Both the position numbers and the translations under genes were made by a program. DNA of 64,000 bases from Narcine bancroftii (Eukaryota), in NCBI RefSeq assembly GCF_036971445.1, contig NC_091474.1, positions 185,442,001 through 185,506,000 on the forward strand, in the 5' to 3' direction. This document shows positions 62,821-64,000 of the stretch, one piece after another. Position 1 is the first letter of the stretch, and the number at the start of each line of letters is the position of its first letter. The notes beneath the pieces were generated by a model. It did not search any database, was not told the origin of the DNA, and saw only the letters and a program-made list of their open reading frames with translations.

Positions 62821-64000
62821 CACCATCAGGTACTGCGTGACTGTAGCAGTGAGAAGAGATTGTGACCAGTGTGATGGGGTCTTTTATGATGTTGTTGGTT
62901 GCCTCCTTGCCTCACGCAGATGTCTGCCGTGGATGGGAGGTCAGAGCCTTCAATGGGGGCACGTTTACTCCAGGCAGCCGAACAAGATGTGCTCTGGGTA
63001 GATATTGTGCTCCAATGCCATCTCTTAGCATCAGATCTGGATAAAGAATTGAAGAAGAATTTGAAAGTTATGTTCTTGCTGACATGAACATTAAAGAGAG
63101 AGTGCTCTCCTAGAATATATTTTATTGCCATGTTTTCATTGTTTCATATTTGGAAGAATAACCTCCTAATCACAATACAACATTGCCAGTACATTAAAAT
63201 GTCAGATCCAAAATAGATTTAGGCCTGAAATTCTCTTGGATCGGATCACTATTACTTCACTCGAAATGTCGGCAAAGAGGGCTCACTACACAAATGGTAA
63301 AGATACAGAAGGGATGTAAGAGTAGGAAATCCTTCCCATAATGTTTCCCCACCAGTTTGATCCACGAGGCTAAAGCATACAGAGTTCTGGTTGCACATTG
63401 CCTCACCCAAGACTATTTGACGATGATGTACTCCAGAATACAATGCAGCAGGAGAATAAACTGGTGCATCATAGTCCAAGGAGTGCACTTCTGTCCTCAT
63501 TAATAAACAGGCATAAGATTTGTCAGAAATGCAAATAATTTAGGATAGTGTATGAATCATTTTATACATACATTTGTGTTTACACCACACTGGTAAAGAT
63601 TCATTAAAAGAAACATTGGTTTGGTTATTTTCCAAAAATTGCAATTAATTACAGAAAGTAAATCATTGTCCTGTTGAACCATTTTTCATACTTCATATTA
63701 GATTAACTAGTTAAACCCAAATTCATTCCATTCTCAATTGCTGTTGTTTAAAGTGAACATCAGTGAGATCTATGACAGTTCTAACCTTTCATTTTGCTGG
63801 TGTAATTCTTATTATTCATTACAAAATTAAATTATTTATTTCATAAAAGCTTCCATATTTAGCCACACACAAAAACGGACATCATTATACACACTATTTC
63901 ATACCTAACAATTAGCTTTTCTTTTTAAAAGTCCGTTGTTTTGATTGCTCTTGTACATTATATGCAAAGCAAATTTGGAAAAGTTAGCCAAACACACTGG

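Noticed and set aside
63252-63500. 82-aa ATG-initiated minus-strand ORF
   Set aside because: No known motif; the plus strand resembles a very decayed LINE RT segment, so a chance ORF is more likely.

Overview
Repeat-dense, AT-rich vertebrate genomic DNA. The repeat mix (V-domain/HE1-like SINEs, CR1, Rex1/Babar, Penelope, L1, RTE) points by inference to a cartilaginous fish, probably a ray or skate. I found no convincing host exon, RNA gene or CRISPR array, so the window reads as intronic or intergenic. Nearly all long ORFs come from transposons or are antisense to them. Main content: (1) a full-length, young Ty3/Gypsy (Mag-like) LTR retrotransposon at 33926-38687, with a 5-bp TSD, 174-bp LTRs and one gag-pol frame broken by only two TGA stops; (2) five young RTE LINE copies, two with twin-priming-type 5' inversions; (3) a recent inversion with a 588-bp inverted duplication at 51080-53876, one arm of which later received a deleted Gypsy element while the empty site survives in the other arm; (4) decayed L1, CR1, Rex1 and Penelope copies, solo LTRs, MITEs, and an unclassified non-coding family with a YY1-like head and a Rex1-like tail. 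I see no clear new gene system; the best novelty candidates are transposon-mechanistic. Family names come from motif recognition by eye, not database searches, and boundaries of old repeats are approximate.
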